From assembly GCA_041694945.1 (NCBI GenBank), contig JBGFRU010000044.1, forward strand, positions 15,165 through 79,164: a stretch of 64,000 bases of DNA, in the 5' to 3' direction. The translations under genes were made by a program, and so were the position numbers. Of the stretch, positions 10,544 to 21,421 are shown one piece after another. The number at the start of each line of letters is the position of its first letter. Positions within the stretch are counted from its first letter, which is position 1. This DNA is from Pseudomonadota bacterium (GTDB lineage: Bacteria; Pseudomonadota; Gammaproteobacteria; Burkholderiales; Burkholderiaceae_C). The notes below the pieces were generated by a model. That model had not been told where the DNA came from. It made no database searches and was given only the letters and a program-made list of their open reading frames with translations.

Positions 10544-11500
10544 TCAAACCTTCGGCTGCACCTCGAAGCGCAGCGAAAAATCCACCGCCTTGAGGTCTTT
10601 GGTCAGGGCCCCGATGGAGATGCGATCGACCCCGGTTTCGGCCAGCGCGCGCACCGTCTCGAGGTTCACGCCACCCGACACCTCGAGCAGCGCCGGCCCG
10701 CTGGGGTGGGCGGCGTTGCGGCGCACCGCTTCGCGCAAGGTCGGCAAGTCCATGTTGTCGAGCAAGACCATGCGTGCGCCTGCGGTGAGCGCCTCGTCGA
10801 GCTGCGCCAGCGTCTCGACCTCGATCTGCACGAAGCGCACCGTGGCCGCCCTTTGCGCCACCCACTGCTGCGCCTGCCGCAGCACCGCCGTCACGCCGCC
10901 GGCGGCAGCGATGTGGTTTTCCTTGATCAGCACGGCGTCGTAGAGCCCGAGGCGGTGGTTGGTGCCGCCGCCGGTGCGCACCGCGTATTTTTGCGCCAGC
11001 CGCAGACCGGGCAAGGTTTTGCGCGTGTCCACGATCTGCGCCCGCGTGCCCGCCACCTGCTGCACGAAGCGCGCGGTCTGCGTGGCCACGGCGCTCAGGG
11101 TCTGCAAGAAGTTGAGCGCCGTGCGTTCGGCGCTGAGCAGGGCGCACGCGCGGCCCTCGAGGCGCAGCACCACCTGGTTGGCGGCGCAGCGTTGGCCTTC
11201 GGGCACCAGCCAATGCAGCTGCGCCTCGGGGTCGAGCGCCAGCACCGCCGCCTGCACCCACGGCGCACCGCAGAGCACCGCCGCCTCGCGCGCCAGCAAA
11301 TTCGCGCAGGCACGGCGTTCGGGGTCGATCAGGGCGGCGCTCAGGTCGCCAGTGCCCACGTCTTCGGCCAGCGCGCGCGCCACGTCGGCTTGCGCCAGCG
11401 CGGCTATGGCGGTGGGGGCGAAGGGGTCGGCAACGGGGTCGGCAACGGGGCCTGTGCAAGGCTTGGGTTCGGGGGTCGGAGCAAGGTGGGCGAGCGTCAT
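10544..11500 (-). CDS. nadC: nicotinate-nucleotide diphosphorylase (quinolinate phosphoribosyltransferase)
   Basis: [13 protein letters not shown].., [29 protein letters not shown] motifs. Confidence 0.92.
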   Translation of the reverse strand: MTLAHLAPTPEPKPCTGPVADPVADPFAPTAIAALAQADVARALAEDVGTGDLSAALIDPERRACANLLAREAAVLCGAPWVQAAVLALDPEAQLHWLVPEGQRCAANQVVLRLEGRACALLSAERTALNFLQTLSAVATQTARFVQQVAGTRAQIVDTRKTLPGLRLAQKYAVRTGGGTNHRLGLYDAVLIKENHIAAAGGVTAVLRQAQQWVAQRAATVRFVQIEVETLAQLDEALTAGARMVLLDNMDLPTLREAVRRNAAHPSGPALLEVSGGVNLETVRALAETGVDRISIGALTKDLKAVDFSLRFEVQPKV

Positions 11501-11579
11501 GGGCCGAATTGTGCTCCAGAGTGCGGGGTATGATGGACAATCGGTGCCATTGCCCCCCTACGGCCACCCCACCCACACC

Positions 11580-12455
11580 ATGAGCGAAGCCACCGCCAGC
11601 ACCCCCTACGGCACCTTGCCTGCCGCCTCGCCGCTGCCGCCGCGCAAGCCGGTGAGCCTGCCGCGCCTGCACGAGCTGCGCCAGCGCGGCGAAAAAATCA
11701 CCATGCTCACCGCCTACGACGCCACCTTTGCCGCCGTGGCCGACAGCGCCGGGATCGAGTGCCTGCTGGTGGGCGACTCGCTCGGCATGGTCTGCCAGGG
11801 CCTGAGCAGCACGGTCGGCGTGACGCTCGACACCATGTGCTACCACACCCAGAGCGTGACGCGCGGGCTGCGCCGGGTGCAGGGCACCGCTTGGGTGATC
11901 GGCGACCTGCCCTTTGGCAGCTACCAGGAGTCGCGTGAGCAGGCCATGCGCAGCGCCACCGCGCTGATGCACGCCGGCGCGCACATGGTCAAGCTCGAAG
12001 GCGGCGGCTGGACCACCGAGGTGGTGCGCTTTTTGGTCGAGCGCGGCATCCCGGTCTGCGCGCACTTGGGGCTGACGCCGCAAACCGTGCACGCCCTGGG
12101 CGGCTACCGGGTGCAGGGGCGCAGCGAAGCCGACGCCGAACGCCTGCAAGCCCACGCGCGCGCGCTGCAGGACGCCGGCGCCACCATGCTGGTGCTCGAG
12201 ATGGTGCCGGCCCACTTGGCCAGCGCCATCACGGCGCAGCTGCCGCACTGCCACACCATCGGCATCGGCTCGGGTGCGGGCACCGCCGGGCAGGTGCTGG
12301 TGATGCACGACATGCTGGGCGTGAACCTGGGCAAGCCGCCCAAGTTTGTGCGCAACTTCATGCACGGGCACGACGGCGTGGCACAAGCCATGGCGGCCTA
12401 CGTGCGCGCGGTCAAGGAAGGCAGCTTCCCCGATCCGGCCCTGCACGCCTGGTGA
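11580..12455 (+). CDS. panB: 3-methyl-2-oxobutanoate hydroxymethyltransferase
   Basis: ..[41 protein letters not shown].. Start at ATG 11580; the upstream part of the track ORF is antisense to nadC. Confidence 0.94.
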   Translation: MSEATASTPYGTLPAASPLPPRKPVSLPRLHELRQRGEKITMLTAYDATFAAVADSAGIECLLVGDSLGMVCQGLSSTVGVTLDTMCYHTQSVTRGLRRVQGTAWVIGDLPFGSYQESREQAMRSATALMHAGAHMVKLEGGGWTTEVVRFLVERGIPVCAHLGLTPQTVHALGGYRVQGRSEADAERLQAHARALQDAGATMLVLEMVPAHLASAITAQLPHCHTIGIGSGAGTAGQVLVMHDMLGVNLGKPPKFVRNFMHGHDGVAQAMAAYVRAVKEGSFPDPALHAW

Positions 12456-12546
12456 GCAGGGGCGGCGCGGCGCCCCTGGCCGCGAACGCCCTGAAATCCC
12501 TTGCCCCACAAGCCCCCTATTCCCCAGCCTTTGCCCCTGCCAGCCC

Positions 12547-13410
12547 ATGCGCGTCATCCACCGCTGTTCTGAACTGCGCCAGCACCTGGCGCGCTTCGAT
12601 CGCCCCGCCTTCGTGCCCACCATGGGCAACCTGCACGCTGGCCATCTGGCTTTGGTGCGCCAAGCCCAACCGCTGGGTGATGTGACGGTGGCCAGCATCT
12701 TCGTCAACCGGCTGCAGTTTTTGCCCCACGAAGATTTCGACAGCTACCCGCGCACCTTCGAGTCCGACTGCGCCCAGCTCGAAGCCGCCGGTTGCGACCT
12801 GCTGTTTGCCCCCACAGAAACCGAGCTGTATCCGCAGCCGCAGCGCTTCAAGGTGCTGCCGCCGCCCGAGCTGGCCGACATCCTGGAGGGCCAGTTCCGG
12901 CCCGGTTTCTTTACCGGCGTGTGCACCGTGGTGCTCAAGCTGTTTGCGCTCGTGTTTGGGCAGAGCAAGGGCGGTGGCCACGCCGTTTTTGGGCAAAAGG
13001 ACTACCAGCAGTGGCTGCTGCTGCGCCAGATGGTGCAGCAACTGGCGCTGCCGGTGACCCTGCACGCCGGCCCGACCGAGCGCGCCCCCGATGGACTGGC
13101 CCTGAGCTCGCGCAACGCCTACCTGTCGTCGGCCGAGCGCGCCGAGGCGGTGCAGCTCATCCTGGCGCTGCGCCGCCTGGCCGCTGCCGTGGCCGCTGGC
13201 GCAACCGACCTGGCGGCGCTGGAGCAGCAAGCCACGGCGCAGCTCAACGGGCGCGGCTGGCAGACGGATTACCTCACGGTGCGCCGCCGCAGCGATCTGC
13301 AAGCCCCACAGGGCACAGACTGGCCGGGCGCGGCCACGGCTGGCCATTGGGTCGCCCTCGGGGCGGCGCGGCTGGGGCGCACCCGCCTGATCGACAACTG
13401 GGAGTTTTGA
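12547..13410 (+). CDS. panC: pantoate--beta-alanine ligase
   Basis: [37 protein letters not shown].. (HIGH-type motif). Follows panB. Confidence 0.94.
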   Translation: MRVIHRCSELRQHLARFDRPAFVPTMGNLHAGHLALVRQAQPLGDVTVASIFVNRLQFLPHEDFDSYPRTFESDCAQLEAAGCDLLFAPTETELYPQPQRFKVLPPPELADILEGQFRPGFFTGVCTVVLKLFALVFGQSKGGGHAVFGQKDYQQWLLLRQMVQQLALPVTLHAGPTERAPDGLALSSRNAYLSSAERAEAVQLILALRRLAAAVAAGATDLAALEQQATAQLNGRGWQTDYLTVRRRSDLQAPQGTDWPGAATAGHWVALGAARLGRTRLIDNWEF

Positions 13411-13444
13411 GCCCTGACCCCGGCGACCCGCTGCGCGGCACCGC

Positions 13445-14473
13445 TCAGACGCCTTGGGCGCGCTGCTCCGGCGTCGGGTCGCGCCCCATGAGCTGCTGCA
13501 CGGCCTGCGCCGGGCTGATTTCGGCATCGAGCAGCGCCACCACCGCTTGCGTGATCGGCATCTCCACCCCCAAGGCGCGCGCGCGCTGCGCCACCGTGCG
13601 GGCGCTGTACACCCCTTCGGCCACGTGACCGAGGGCACCGAGCGCCTGCCCCAGGCTCTGGCCTTGCGCCAAACGCAGCCCCACTTGGCGGTTGCGGCTC
13701 AGGTCGCCGGTGGCGGTGAGCACCAGATCGCCCAGGCCGCTCAGGCCCATGAAGGTTTCGGCGCGTGCGCCCAACGCCAGCCCCAGGCGCACGGTTTCGG
13801 CCAGCCCGCGCGTGATCAGGGCCGCGCGCGCGTTGTGGCCCAGCTGCAGGCCGTCGCACAGCCCGGTGGCGATGGCCAGCACGTTCTTCACCGCGCCGCC
13901 GACCTCCACGCCCACCACGTCGTCGTTGGCATAGACGCGCAGTGTGCGGCTGTGCAAGGCCTGCACCAGCCGCTGGCTCACGTGCGCCTGCGCGCTGGCG
14001 GCCACCAGCGCGGTGGGCGCGCCAGCGGCCACTTCTTTGGCAAAGCTGGGGCCGCTGAGCACGCCCACGGGCAGGCTTGGGGCCACTTGCAGCGCGATCT
14101 CGTGCCCAAGCAAGCCACTGCCCTGCTCAAAGCCCTTGCACAGCCAGACCACGGGCGCATCGAGAGCGCGCAAACGCTGCAGCAGGCCGCGCAACGCCGC
14201 CATCGGGGTGCCCAGCACGATCAGGTCGTCGGCCGCGCACAGCTGCGCCAGGTCGGCTTCGTCGGCGGCGCACAACTCCAGCGCGTCGGGAAAGGCGCAG
14301 CCGGGCAGGTAGCGCGCGTTGGCACGCGTGGCCTGCATGGCCGCCACCTGCACCGGGTCGCGCGCCCACAGGCGCACCCGCTGCACCGCACTGCCCGGAG
14401 CGCCTGCAGCACGCGCCGCCGCGATGGCCAGCGCCGTGCCCCAGGCACCGGCCCCCAGCAGGGTGATCTTCAT
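13445..14473 (-). CDS. gpsA: NAD(P)H-dependent glycerol-3-phosphate dehydrogenase
   Basis: [16 protein letters not shown].. Rossmann N-terminus, ..[12 protein letters not shown].. motif. Confidence 0.94.
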   Translation of the reverse strand: MKITLLGAGAWGTALAIAAARAAGAPGSAVQRVRLWARDPVQVAAMQATRANARYLPGCAFPDALELCAADEADLAQLCAADDLIVLGTPMAALRGLLQRLRALDAPVVWLCKGFEQGSGLLGHEIALQVAPSLPVGVLSGPSFAKEVAAGAPTALVAASAQAHVSQRLVQALHSRTLRVYANDDVVGVEVGGAVKNVLAIATGLCDGLQLGHNARAALITRGLAETVRLGLALGARAETFMGLSGLGDLVLTATGDLSRNRQVGLRLAQGQSLGQALGALGHVAEGVYSARTVAQRARALGVEMPITQAVVALLDAEISPAQAVQQLMGRDPTPEQRAQGV

Positions 14474-14494
14474 GCCCAGCGGCGGTGCTGGGCC

Positions 14495-14965
14495 TTACTG
14501 CACCGTGGGGGCTGCAGCCGCTGTGGCCGCCGCGCCCTCGCGCTGCAGTTGCTGCTCGTACATGCTCTGAAAGTTGATCTCGGCCAGATGCACCGGCGCA
14601 AAGCCGCCGCGCTGAATCAGGTCGGCCACGTTGCCGCGCAAGTAGGGGTAGATGATCTGCGGGCAGGCGATGCCCAGGATCGGGCCCATCTGCTCTTGCG
14701 GCAGGTTGCGCAGCTCGAAAATGCCGGCCTGCCTGGCCTCGACCAGGTACAGGGTCTTGTCCTTGATCTTGGTCGTCACGGTGCAGGTCACGGTGACTTC
14801 GAACACCCCTTCGGCCAGGGGTTCGGCGGCCACCCCGAGCTGGATGTCGAGCCCCGGCTGCTCTTGCTGCAGCAGGATGTTGGGCGAATTGGGCTGCTCG
14901 AGCGAGGCCTCCTTGAGATAGACGCGCTGAATCTGGAACACCGGAACGGCAGGGGTATCGGACAT
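14495..14965 (-). CDS. secB: protein-export chaperone SecB
   Basis: [19 protein letters not shown]..; 156 aa; lies in the conserved rhodanese-grxC-secB-gpsA order. Confidence 0.93.
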   Translation of the reverse strand: MSDTPAVPVFQIQRVYLKEASLEQPNSPNILLQQEQPGLDIQLGVAAEPLAEGVFEVTVTCTVTTKIKDKTLYLVEARQAGIFELRNLPQEQMGPILGIACPQIIYPYLRGNVADLIQRGGFAPVHLAEINFQSMYEQQLQREGAAATAAAAPTVQ

Positions 14966-15052
14966 GATGGATCTCGTGGTGGAAACAGCCGCTGGGCCTG
15001 TCGAGCCTGCAGCGGGCCAGTCAGACGCCCAAACTGGGCAGACCGAAGGCGA

Positions 15053-15307
15053 TTATGTCAGCAAGGGCAACAGCCCCCCGCGCGCATCGAGCGCGTGCAG
15101 GTCGTCGCAACCGCCGATGTGCTGGCCGTCGATGAAAATCTGCGGCACGCTGCTGCGCCCGGCGCGCTCGGTCATGGCGGCGCGCAGGTCGGGCCGGCCA
15201 TCGACGACGATCTCGTCCCACGCCTGCACCCCGCGCGCGCGCAGCAGCGCCTTGGCGCGGTGGCAGTAGGGGCAGTAATCGCTGCTGTAGAAGGTGATCT
15301 GGGCCAT
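15053..15307 (-). CDS. grxC: glutaredoxin 3
   Basis: [39 protein letters not shown], with a CPYC active site. 84 aa after trimming the track ORF. Confidence 0.93.
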   Translation of the reverse strand: MAQITFYSSDYCPYCHRAKALLRARGVQAWDEIVVDGRPDLRAAMTERAGRSSVPQIFIDGQHIGGCDDLHALDARGGLLPLLT

Positions 15308-15338
15308 GTGCAAGCTCTCGCGTCTGTTGGGCGCCGCA

Positions 15339-15776
15339 TCAGCCCTTGCCCGGCGGCCCCTTTTGCACCGGCAAGGCCGCCGCACGCCAAGCCCCCATGC
15401 CGCCGGCCAGCGTGTGCACTTTCTCGAACCCGAGCTTTTTGGCCACGCCTGCGGCGCGCTTGGAGCGGATGCCCGAGGCGCACACCAGCAGCAGCGGCGT
15501 GGCCTTGTTCTTGACCGTTTGCGACAAGCGCTTGTCCAGCTCGTCAAGCGGCACGTGCTTAGCCAGACCAATGTGTCCGGCGGCGTATTCGTCGAGCGAG
15601 CAGACGTCGATGACCACCGCTTTTTCGCGGTTGATGAGCTGCACCGCCTCGTTGGGCGTCAGGCTGCCGGCACCGCCGCCACTGCTCAACATCGGCCACA
15701 CCAGCAGCGCCAGCGCCGTCACGGCGATCAGCACCAACACCCAATTTTGCAAAATGAAATCCACGACTGTCCTCAA
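15339..15776 (-). CDS. membrane-anchored rhodanese-domain sulfurtransferase
   Basis: N-terminal TM helix followed by a rhodanese domain with the active-site loop [10 protein letters not shown]. Confidence 0.85.
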   Translation of the reverse strand: MRTVVDFILQNWVLVLIAVTALALLVWPMLSSGGGAGSLTPNEAVQLINREKAVVIDVCSLDEYAAGHIGLAKHVPLDELDKRLSQTVKNKATPLLLVCASGIRSKRAAGVAKKLGFEKVHTLAGGMGAWRAAALPVQKGPPGKG

Positions 15777-15845
15777 AACACGAGCAGCCGGTATTTTAGA
15801 ATCACATCCTCATCCAGCCCCGCCCACACGCAAGAAATTCCCCCC

Positions 15846-16589
15846 ATGCACAAGCTCGTCCTGATCCGCCACGGCGAATCCATCTGGAATCTCGAAAACC
15901 GCTTCACCGGCTGGACCGACGTGGACCTCACCCCCACCGGCGTGGCGCAGGCACTGGCGGCCGGGCAGTTGCTCAAGGCAGAGGGCTGGGAATTCGACCT
16001 TTGCCACACCAGCGTGCTCAAGCGCGCCGTCCACACCCTGAACCACTGCCTCGACGCCATGGACCGCGCCTGGCTGCCAGTGCTCAAAGACTGGCGCCTC
16101 AACGAGCGCCACTACGGCGCCCTGCAAGGGCTCAACAAAGCCGAAACGGCGCGCCAGTACGGTGAGGCGCAGGTGCTGCTGTGGCGGCGCAGCTACGACA
16201 CGCCGCCGCCACCCCTGGCTGCCGACGACGCCCGCAGCGAGCGCACCGACCGCCGTTACGCCGCCCTCGCACCGCACCAGGTGCCCCTGACCGAATGCCT
16301 CAAGGACACGGTGGCGCGCATGGTGCCCTACTGGGAGCAGACGCTGGCGCCGGCCATTGCCAGCGGGCAGCGGGTGCTGGTGTCGGCGCACGGCAATTCG
16401 ATCCGGGCCCTGATCAAGCACCTCGACGGCGTGTCCGACGCCGACATCGTGCAGCTCAACATCCCCAACGGCATCCCGCTGGTGTATGAGTTCGACGCCG
16501 CGCTGCGCCCGCTGCGGCGCCACTACCTGGGCGATGCCGCAGCGGCCGAGGCCGCGGCCGCCGCCGTGGCGCGCCAAAGCCGTGCCTGA
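15846..16589 (+). CDS. gpmA: 2,3-bisphosphoglycerate-dependent phosphoglycerate mutase
   Basis: [28 protein letters not shown].. (RHGE motif). Start at ATG 15846. Confidence 0.95.
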   Translation: MHKLVLIRHGESIWNLENRFTGWTDVDLTPTGVAQALAAGQLLKAEGWEFDLCHTSVLKRAVHTLNHCLDAMDRAWLPVLKDWRLNERHYGALQGLNKAETARQYGEAQVLLWRRSYDTPPPPLAADDARSERTDRRYAALAPHQVPLTECLKDTVARMVPYWEQTLAPAIASGQRVLVSAHGNSIRALIKHLDGVSDADIVQLNIPNGIPLVYEFDAALRPLRRHYLGDAAAAEAAAAAVARQSRA

Positions 16590-16717
16590 TCGGCGCCGGG
16601 CCCGGGCGCAGCCCCGCCCAGTGGCGGCAACGGTTTTTCCCGGGAACGCAATGCGCCCCCCACTCTCCAAGCGCTATAGTGCGTGTGCGTTGCCCACTGC
16701 GGGCAGAGGTTGAGCAA

Positions 16718-18184
16718 ATGGGATACAAATTGAAAGTCGCGGGTTGGATCGCCGTCGGTGCCTTGGCCGGCGCCCTCACCACCATCCAGTTGCAGGCGGT
16801 GGCGCGCGGGGCTGTGACGCCGCTGCCGCTGGAGCAGTTGCAGCAGTTGGCCGCCGTCTATGGCATCATCAAGAGCGATTTTGTCAAGCCGGTGGACGAC
16901 ACCCAGCTCATCCACGACGCCATTTCGGGCATGGTCTCGGGGCTGGATCCGCACTCGCAATTTTTCGACCCCCAGGAATTCCGCGAATTCCGCGAAGGCA
17001 CCGCCGGCCGCTTCGTGGGCGTGGGCATCGAAATCTCGATGGAAGACGGGCTGGTCAAGGTGGTCTCGCCGATCGAGGGCTCGCCCGCCTTTCGCGCCGG
17101 CCTGATGGCCAACGACCTCATCAGCCAGATCGACGACACGCCGGTGCGCGGCATGACCATCGGTGAAGCGGTGCGGCGCATGCGCGGCGAACCCAACACC
17201 CAGGTGCGTCTGATGATCATGCGGCGCAGCGAAAACCGCAGCTTCAGCGTCACCATCACGCGCCAGGAGATTCGCACCCAGAGCGTGCGCAGCCGCATGA
17301 TCGAGCCCGGTTACGCCTGGGTGCGGGTGTCGCAGTTCCAGGAGCGCACGATCGAAGATTTTGCGCGCCAGGTGCAGGCCCTCTACCAGCAAGACCCGCA
17401 GCTGCGCGGGCTGGTGCTCGACTTGCGCAACGACCCCGGCGGCCTGCTCGATGCGGCGGTCGCCATGTCGGCCGCCTTCCTGCCCGAAAACGCGGTGGTG
17501 GTCAGCACCAACGGCCAGTTGCCCGAGAGCCGCGCCACCTTCCGCGCCGCGCCGCGCTACTACCTGCGCGCCGGCCCAGACCACATCCAGCGCCTGACCG
17601 AGGCCACCCAAGGCCGCTTGCGCACCGTGCCGCTGGTCGTGCTGGTCAATGAGGGCTCGGCTTCGGCGAGCGAAATCGTGGCCGGGGCGCTGCAGGACCA
17701 CCGCCGCGCCACCCTCATGGGCAGCCAGACCTTTGGCAAGGGCTCGGTGCAAACCGTGCGCCCGCTCGGGCCCGACACCGCACTCAAGCTGACCACTGCG
17801 CATTACTTCAGCCCCAGCGGCCGCGCCATTCAAGACCGCGGCATCGTGCCCGACCTCTGGCTCGACGAAACCGCTGCGGGTGACGTGCTGGCCGCCCTGC
17901 GCCCACGCCAGGCCGACATCAGCGCCGGCCGCAACGGCGCCCCGGCGCGCGAACTCAGCGAGGAAGAACGGGCCCGCGAGCGCCAGCGCGAACTGGAGCG
18001 CGAAGCGGCGCGCCAGCGGCTCGAAGAGCAGCAGCGCCTCTCGCCCGGCCAGCGCCTGCTGCCCGAGTTTGGCTCGGCCGAAGATTTCCAGCTGCGCCAA
18101 GCGCTCAACCACCTGCAGGGCCTGCCGGTGCAGGTGAGCCAGAGCGCACGCGAACGCCCGGCTGCAGCGCGCAGCGCCAACTGA
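16718..18184 (+). CDS. ctpA: carboxy-terminal processing (S41) protease
   Basis: Signal/TM N-terminus, a PDZ region (GIEISMEDGLVKVVSPIEGSPAFRAGL), and S41 core motifs (DLRNDPGG.., GSASASEIVAGALQD, TFGKGSVQ). Confidence 0.92.
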   Translation: MGYKLKVAGWIAVGALAGALTTIQLQAVARGAVTPLPLEQLQQLAAVYGIIKSDFVKPVDDTQLIHDAISGMVSGLDPHSQFFDPQEFREFREGTAGRFVGVGIEISMEDGLVKVVSPIEGSPAFRAGLMANDLISQIDDTPVRGMTIGEAVRRMRGEPNTQVRLMIMRRSENRSFSVTITRQEIRTQSVRSRMIEPGYAWVRVSQFQERTIEDFARQVQALYQQDPQLRGLVLDLRNDPGGLLDAAVAMSAAFLPENAVVVSTNGQLPESRATFRAAPRYYLRAGPDHIQRLTEATQGRLRTVPLVVLVNEGSASASEIVAGALQDHRRATLMGSQTFGKGSVQTVRPLGPDTALKLTTAHYFSPSGRAIQDRGIVPDLWLDETAAGDVLAALRPRQADISAGRNGAPARELSEEERARERQRELEREAARQRLEEQQRLSPGQRLLPEFGSAEDFQLRQALNHLQGLPVQVSQSARERPAAARSAN

Positions 18185-18196
18185 AAGCCGCCCGCC

Positions 18197-19018
18197 TTGC
18201 CCAACCAGACCGCCCTGCCCGATCTGAGCGACGCGCAGCTGCTGCGCTACTCGCGCCACATTTTGCTCGACGAATTCGGCATCGCCGGGCAGCAGCGTTT
18301 GCTGGCGGCGCACGCCGTGGTGGTCGGGGCCGGTGGACTGGGCTCGCCGGTGGCGTTGTATTTGGCGGCAGCCGGCGTCGGGCGCATCAGCCTGGTCGAT
18401 CACGACGCGGTCGATGGCACCAATCTGCAGCGCCAGATTGCCCACACCCAAGAGCGCATCGGCTGGCCCAAGGTGGAATCGGCGGCGCTGGCCATGCGCG
18501 CCCTCAACCCCGAACTGCGCATCGACACCTGGGCGCAGCGCGCTGAACCGGCGTTGCTCGATCAACTGCTGTCATCGGCCCATGTGCTGCTCGATTGCAG
18601 CGACAACTTCGCCACCCGCCACATCCTCAACCGCGCCAGCGTGCGCCACCGGGTGCCGCTGGTCTCGGGTGCGGCGATCCGCTTCGACGGCCAGCTGGCG
18701 GTGTACGACCCGCGCCAGCCGGCCTCGCCCTGCTACGCCTGCGTGTTCCCCGAAGCCCAGGCCCCCGAAGAGACGCGCTGCGCCACGCTGGGCGTGCTGG
18801 CGCCGCTGGTAGGGCTGGTGGGGTCGATGCAGGCCGCCGAAGCGCTCAAGCTGCTGTCGGGCATGGGCTCGAATCTGGTCGGGCGCCTGCTGTTGCTCGA
18901 CGCCCTGCGCAGCGATTTTCAGCCGCTGCAGCTGGCGCGCGACCCCGGCTGCCCGGTGTGCGGGGAGTCATCGGGGCGGCGGCGCGCCGCCCAGGCCACC
19001 CTCAGGCCCGACCGATGA
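18197..19018 (+). CDS. moeB: HesA/MoeB/ThiF-family adenylyltransferase (MoeB-like)
   Basis: RYSRHILLDEFGIAGQQRL..VVGAGGLGSPVALYLAAAGVGRISLVDHD..NLQRQ, with CYAC and CPVC zinc motifs. TTG start, uncertain. Confidence 0.85.
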   Translation: MPNQTALPDLSDAQLLRYSRHILLDEFGIAGQQRLLAAHAVVVGAGGLGSPVALYLAAAGVGRISLVDHDAVDGTNLQRQIAHTQERIGWPKVESAALAMRALNPELRIDTWAQRAEPALLDQLLSSAHVLLDCSDNFATRHILNRASVRHRVPLVSGAAIRFDGQLAVYDPRQPASPCYACVFPEAQAPEETRCATLGVLAPLVGLVGSMQAAEALKLLSGMGSNLVGRLLLLDALRSDFQPLQLARDPGCPVCGESSGRRRAAQATLRPDR

Positions 19019-19427
19019 TGCAGGCCGTGGCCATCAGCTCTTCGAGCAGTGCCAGCGACACCCGGCCCGACATGCCGTAGGGGTTGAATTCGGGTTTTTC
19101 GCAGTACTTGAGCACCACCGAGGTGTTGAGCCGACTCAGGTTCACCTGCCCCATGGTCCAACCGCCAAAACGGCGCTCGGCTATTTCCTCGTAGTGCAGC
19201 AGCTCGACGTCGGTGTGGCGCGCATCGGCCACGATCTGGCGATAGAGCCGATTCACGGCCCCCCGCCCGCCCTCGATGGCTTGTACGTAAATGCCGCCGC
19301 CATAACACAGGATGCCGGTGATGCCGTTTTGCAGATTGTGCAGGCGCGCAGTGGCCAAAATCGACTCGATCGAGGCCTCGAGGTCACGCTCGCACGCGCG
19401 GCTGACGTAGAGCAGGCGCACCAGCAT
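19002..19427 (-). CDS. short BLUF-domain blue-light FAD photoreceptor
   Basis: MLVRLLYVSRA..SIESILATARLHNLQNGITGILCYGGGIYVQAIEGGRGAVNRLYRQI..D.RH.DVELL, matching the BLUF Y / Q / W-M signature layout. 141 aa. Confidence 0.88.
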   Translation of the reverse strand: MLVRLLYVSRACERDLEASIESILATARLHNLQNGITGILCYGGGIYVQAIEGGRGAVNRLYRQIVADARHTDVELLHYEEIAERRFGGWTMGQVNLSRLNTSVVLKYCEKPEFNPYGMSGRVSLALLEELMATACIIGRA

Positions 19428-20153
19428 TCATTTACCCCTGGAAATGAGCGACAGGAATTCGCGCCGCAAGTTGCTGTCCTTGAGGAACACGCCGCGCATG
19501 ACCGAGTTGATCATGCGGCTGTCCATGTCCTTGACGCCGCGCCAGGCCATGCAGTAGTGGCTGGCCTCCATCACGATCGCCAAGCCATCGGGCTGGGTTT
19601 TTTCCTGGATCAGGTCGGCCAGTTGCACCACGGCTTCTTCCTGGATTTGCGGCCGCCCCATGACCCATTCGGCCAAGCGGGCGTATTTGGACAGGCCGAT
19701 GACGTTGGTGTGCTCGTTGGGCAAGACCCCGATCCAGATTTGGCCGATCACCGGACACAGGTGGTGGCTGCAGGCGCTGCGCACGGTGATCGGGCCCACG
19801 ATCATGAGCTCGTTGAGGTGCTCGGCATTGGGGAATTCGGTGATCGCCGGAGCGTGCACGTAGCGGCCGGCAAACACCTCTTTGAGGTACATCTTGGCCA
19901 CGCGGCGCGCGGTTTGGTCGGTGTTGTGGTCGTGTGCGGTGTCGATCACCATGCTGTCGAGCACGGCCTGCATTTTGCCGGTCACCTCCTCGAGCAGGGC
20001 CTCGAGCTCGCCGGGCCGCACAAAGTCGGCGATGTTGTCGTTGGCGTGAAAGCGCTTGCGCGCCGCCTGCAGGCGCTGGCGAATCACGACCGACATCGGC
20101 TGACCGGTTTCGCTCTCGGCCGCAGGGGTGGGGGTGGGGGCTTGCATGAGCAT
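19428..20153 (-). CDS. folE: GTP cyclohydrolase I
   Basis: ..ITVRSACSHHLCPVIGQIWIGVLP..VIGLSKYARLAEW...RPQIQEE..HYCMAWRGV.. Start at ATG 20153; the track ORF's 340-aa N-terminal extension overlaps clsB out of frame. Confidence 0.93.
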   Translation of the reverse strand: MLMQAPTPTPAAESETGQPMSVVIRQRLQAARKRFHANDNIADFVRPGELEALLEEVTGKMQAVLDSMVIDTAHDHNTDQTARRVAKMYLKEVFAGRYVHAPAITEFPNAEHLNELMIVGPITVRSACSHHLCPVIGQIWIGVLPNEHTNVIGLSKYARLAEWVMGRPQIQEEAVVQLADLIQEKTQPDGLAIVMEASHYCMAWRGVKDMDSRMINSVMRGVFLKDSNLRREFLSLISRGK

Positions 20154-20179
20154 GGGCTGCGATCCTATCAGCTTCACAC

Positions 20180-21421
20180 CTAGTAGCGGTAGCCGCCCAA
20201 ATAAAGCAGGGCGCGCATAAGGCCAAACGCCACCCGATCCAGCAGCCGTTGCTGCCACGGGCGGCTGGCCAAGCGCAGCGCATCGACGCGTTCGCCCGCG
20301 TGCGCCATCAACTCGGCCAAGCGCTCGCGCAGCAAGCTGGCAAAGGCCGCGTCGCGCGTGACCACGTTGGCCTCGCGCGTGAGCAGCAGGCTCACCGGGT
20401 CGAGGTTGGTCGAACCCACCGTGGCCCAGCGCTGGTCCACCACCGCCACCTTGGCATGCAAGGAGCTGGGCGCATATTCGAAAATCTCGATCCCGGCCGC
20501 CAGCAACTGGTGATAGACCGGGCGCGCCGCGTGGTATTGCAAAAAGCGCTCGTACTTGCCGTGCAGCAGCAGCCGCACCCGCACCCCGCGCTGGGCCGCG
20601 CGCACCAGCGCCCGGCGCAGCCGCCGCCCGGGAATGAAGTAGGCGTTGGCGATCACGATCTCGCTGCGCGCCAGTTCGATCGCGGCCAAGTAGGCGCGCT
20701 CGATGTCGTGCCGGTTGCGCACGTTGTCGCGCAGCAAGAACGCGGCCGCCGCACCGTTGACCGACTGCTCCAGTTGCGGCCGCCCAGGGTGCACCGCGTG
20801 CTCCCACCACGGCCAGGGCTCGGACTGCGGCATGCCGGCGCGCAGCGCCTGCCAGGCGGCCCGAAAGGCGTGCCGGCGCGCCGCACTCAGCGCCTGCAGC
20901 CGCCACCAAAGCTGCTCCATCGCCTCTTGCATATCGTCCAGCAACGGGCCGCTGACCTGCAGCGCGTAGTCGAGCCTGGGGGCGCTCAGGCGCCCGAGCA
21001 CCACGTCGTCGCGGTCGTCGATCAGGTTGATGCCGCCGCAAAATCCCAGCACGCCATCGACGATGCACAGCTTGCGGTGCAGGCGGCGCCAGTTGCGCGG
21101 CAGCAGCAGCCCGATGGGCCCCAAGGGCCGATAAACGCGCCACTGCACCCCGGCCGCTTCGAGCCGGGCGCGCCACTCAGGCGGCGGTTTGGGCGTGCCG
21201 AAGGCGTCGGTCACCAGCCGCACCGTGACCCCGCGCTGCGCCGCGCGCTCGAGCGCCTGCGCCACCTGCAGCGCATCGTGCGCGAACTCGAAAATGTAGG
21301 TTTCCACGTGCACCAGGTGCTGCGCACGGTCGATGGCCAGCGCCATGGCCGCAAACAGCGCTGCACCGCCTTCGAGCAGGCGCAACCGGTGACCGCTGCG
21401 CATGGGGTGCTTCATGGCCAA
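20180..21421 (-). CDS. clsB: phospholipase D-family cardiolipin synthase (ClsB-like)
   Basis: Two HKD motifs: HRKLCIVDG..GGINL and HAKVAVVDQRWATVGSTNLD. Confidence 0.9.
   Translation of the reverse strand: MAMKHPMRSGHRLRLLEGGAALFAAMALAIDRAQHLVHVETYIFEFAHDALQVAQALERAAQRGVTVRLVTDAFGTPKPPPEWRARLEAAGVQWRVYRPLGPIGLLLPRNWRRLHRKLCIVDGVLGFCGGINLIDDRDDVVLGRLSAPRLDYALQVSGPLLDDMQEAMEQLWWRLQALSAARRHAFRAAWQALRAGMPQSEPWPWWEHAVHPGRPQLEQSVNGAAAAFLLRDNVRNRHDIERAYLAAIELARSEIVIANAYFIPGRRLRRALVRAAQRGVRVRLLLHGKYERFLQYHAARPVYHQLLAAGIEIFEYAPSSLHAKVAVVDQRWATVGSTNLDPVSLLLTREANVVTRDAAFASLLRERLAELMAHAGERVDALRLASRPWQQRLLDRVAFGLMRALLYLGGYRY

Noticed and set aside
8776-10593. 605-aa + strand ORF
   Set aside because: Antisense shadow of ilvD, with no recognisable motifs.
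10467-12707. 746-aa minus-strand ORF
   Set aside because: It spans nadC out of frame and runs antisense to panB/panC. The composition is Arg/Ala/Gly-rich and it conflicts with three confidently identified genes.
13454-15514. 686-aa + strand ORF
   Set aside because: Antisense to gpsA, secB, grxC and the rhodanese gene; a shadow ORF.
16523-18565. 680-aa minus-strand ORF
   Set aside because: Antisense to ctpA and moeB; a shadow ORF.
20154-21176. N-terminal 340 aa of the 582-aa track ORF 19428..21176
   Set aside because: Only the C-terminal 241 aa resemble FolE. The extension overlaps clsB in another frame and is Arg/Ala/Gly-rich.
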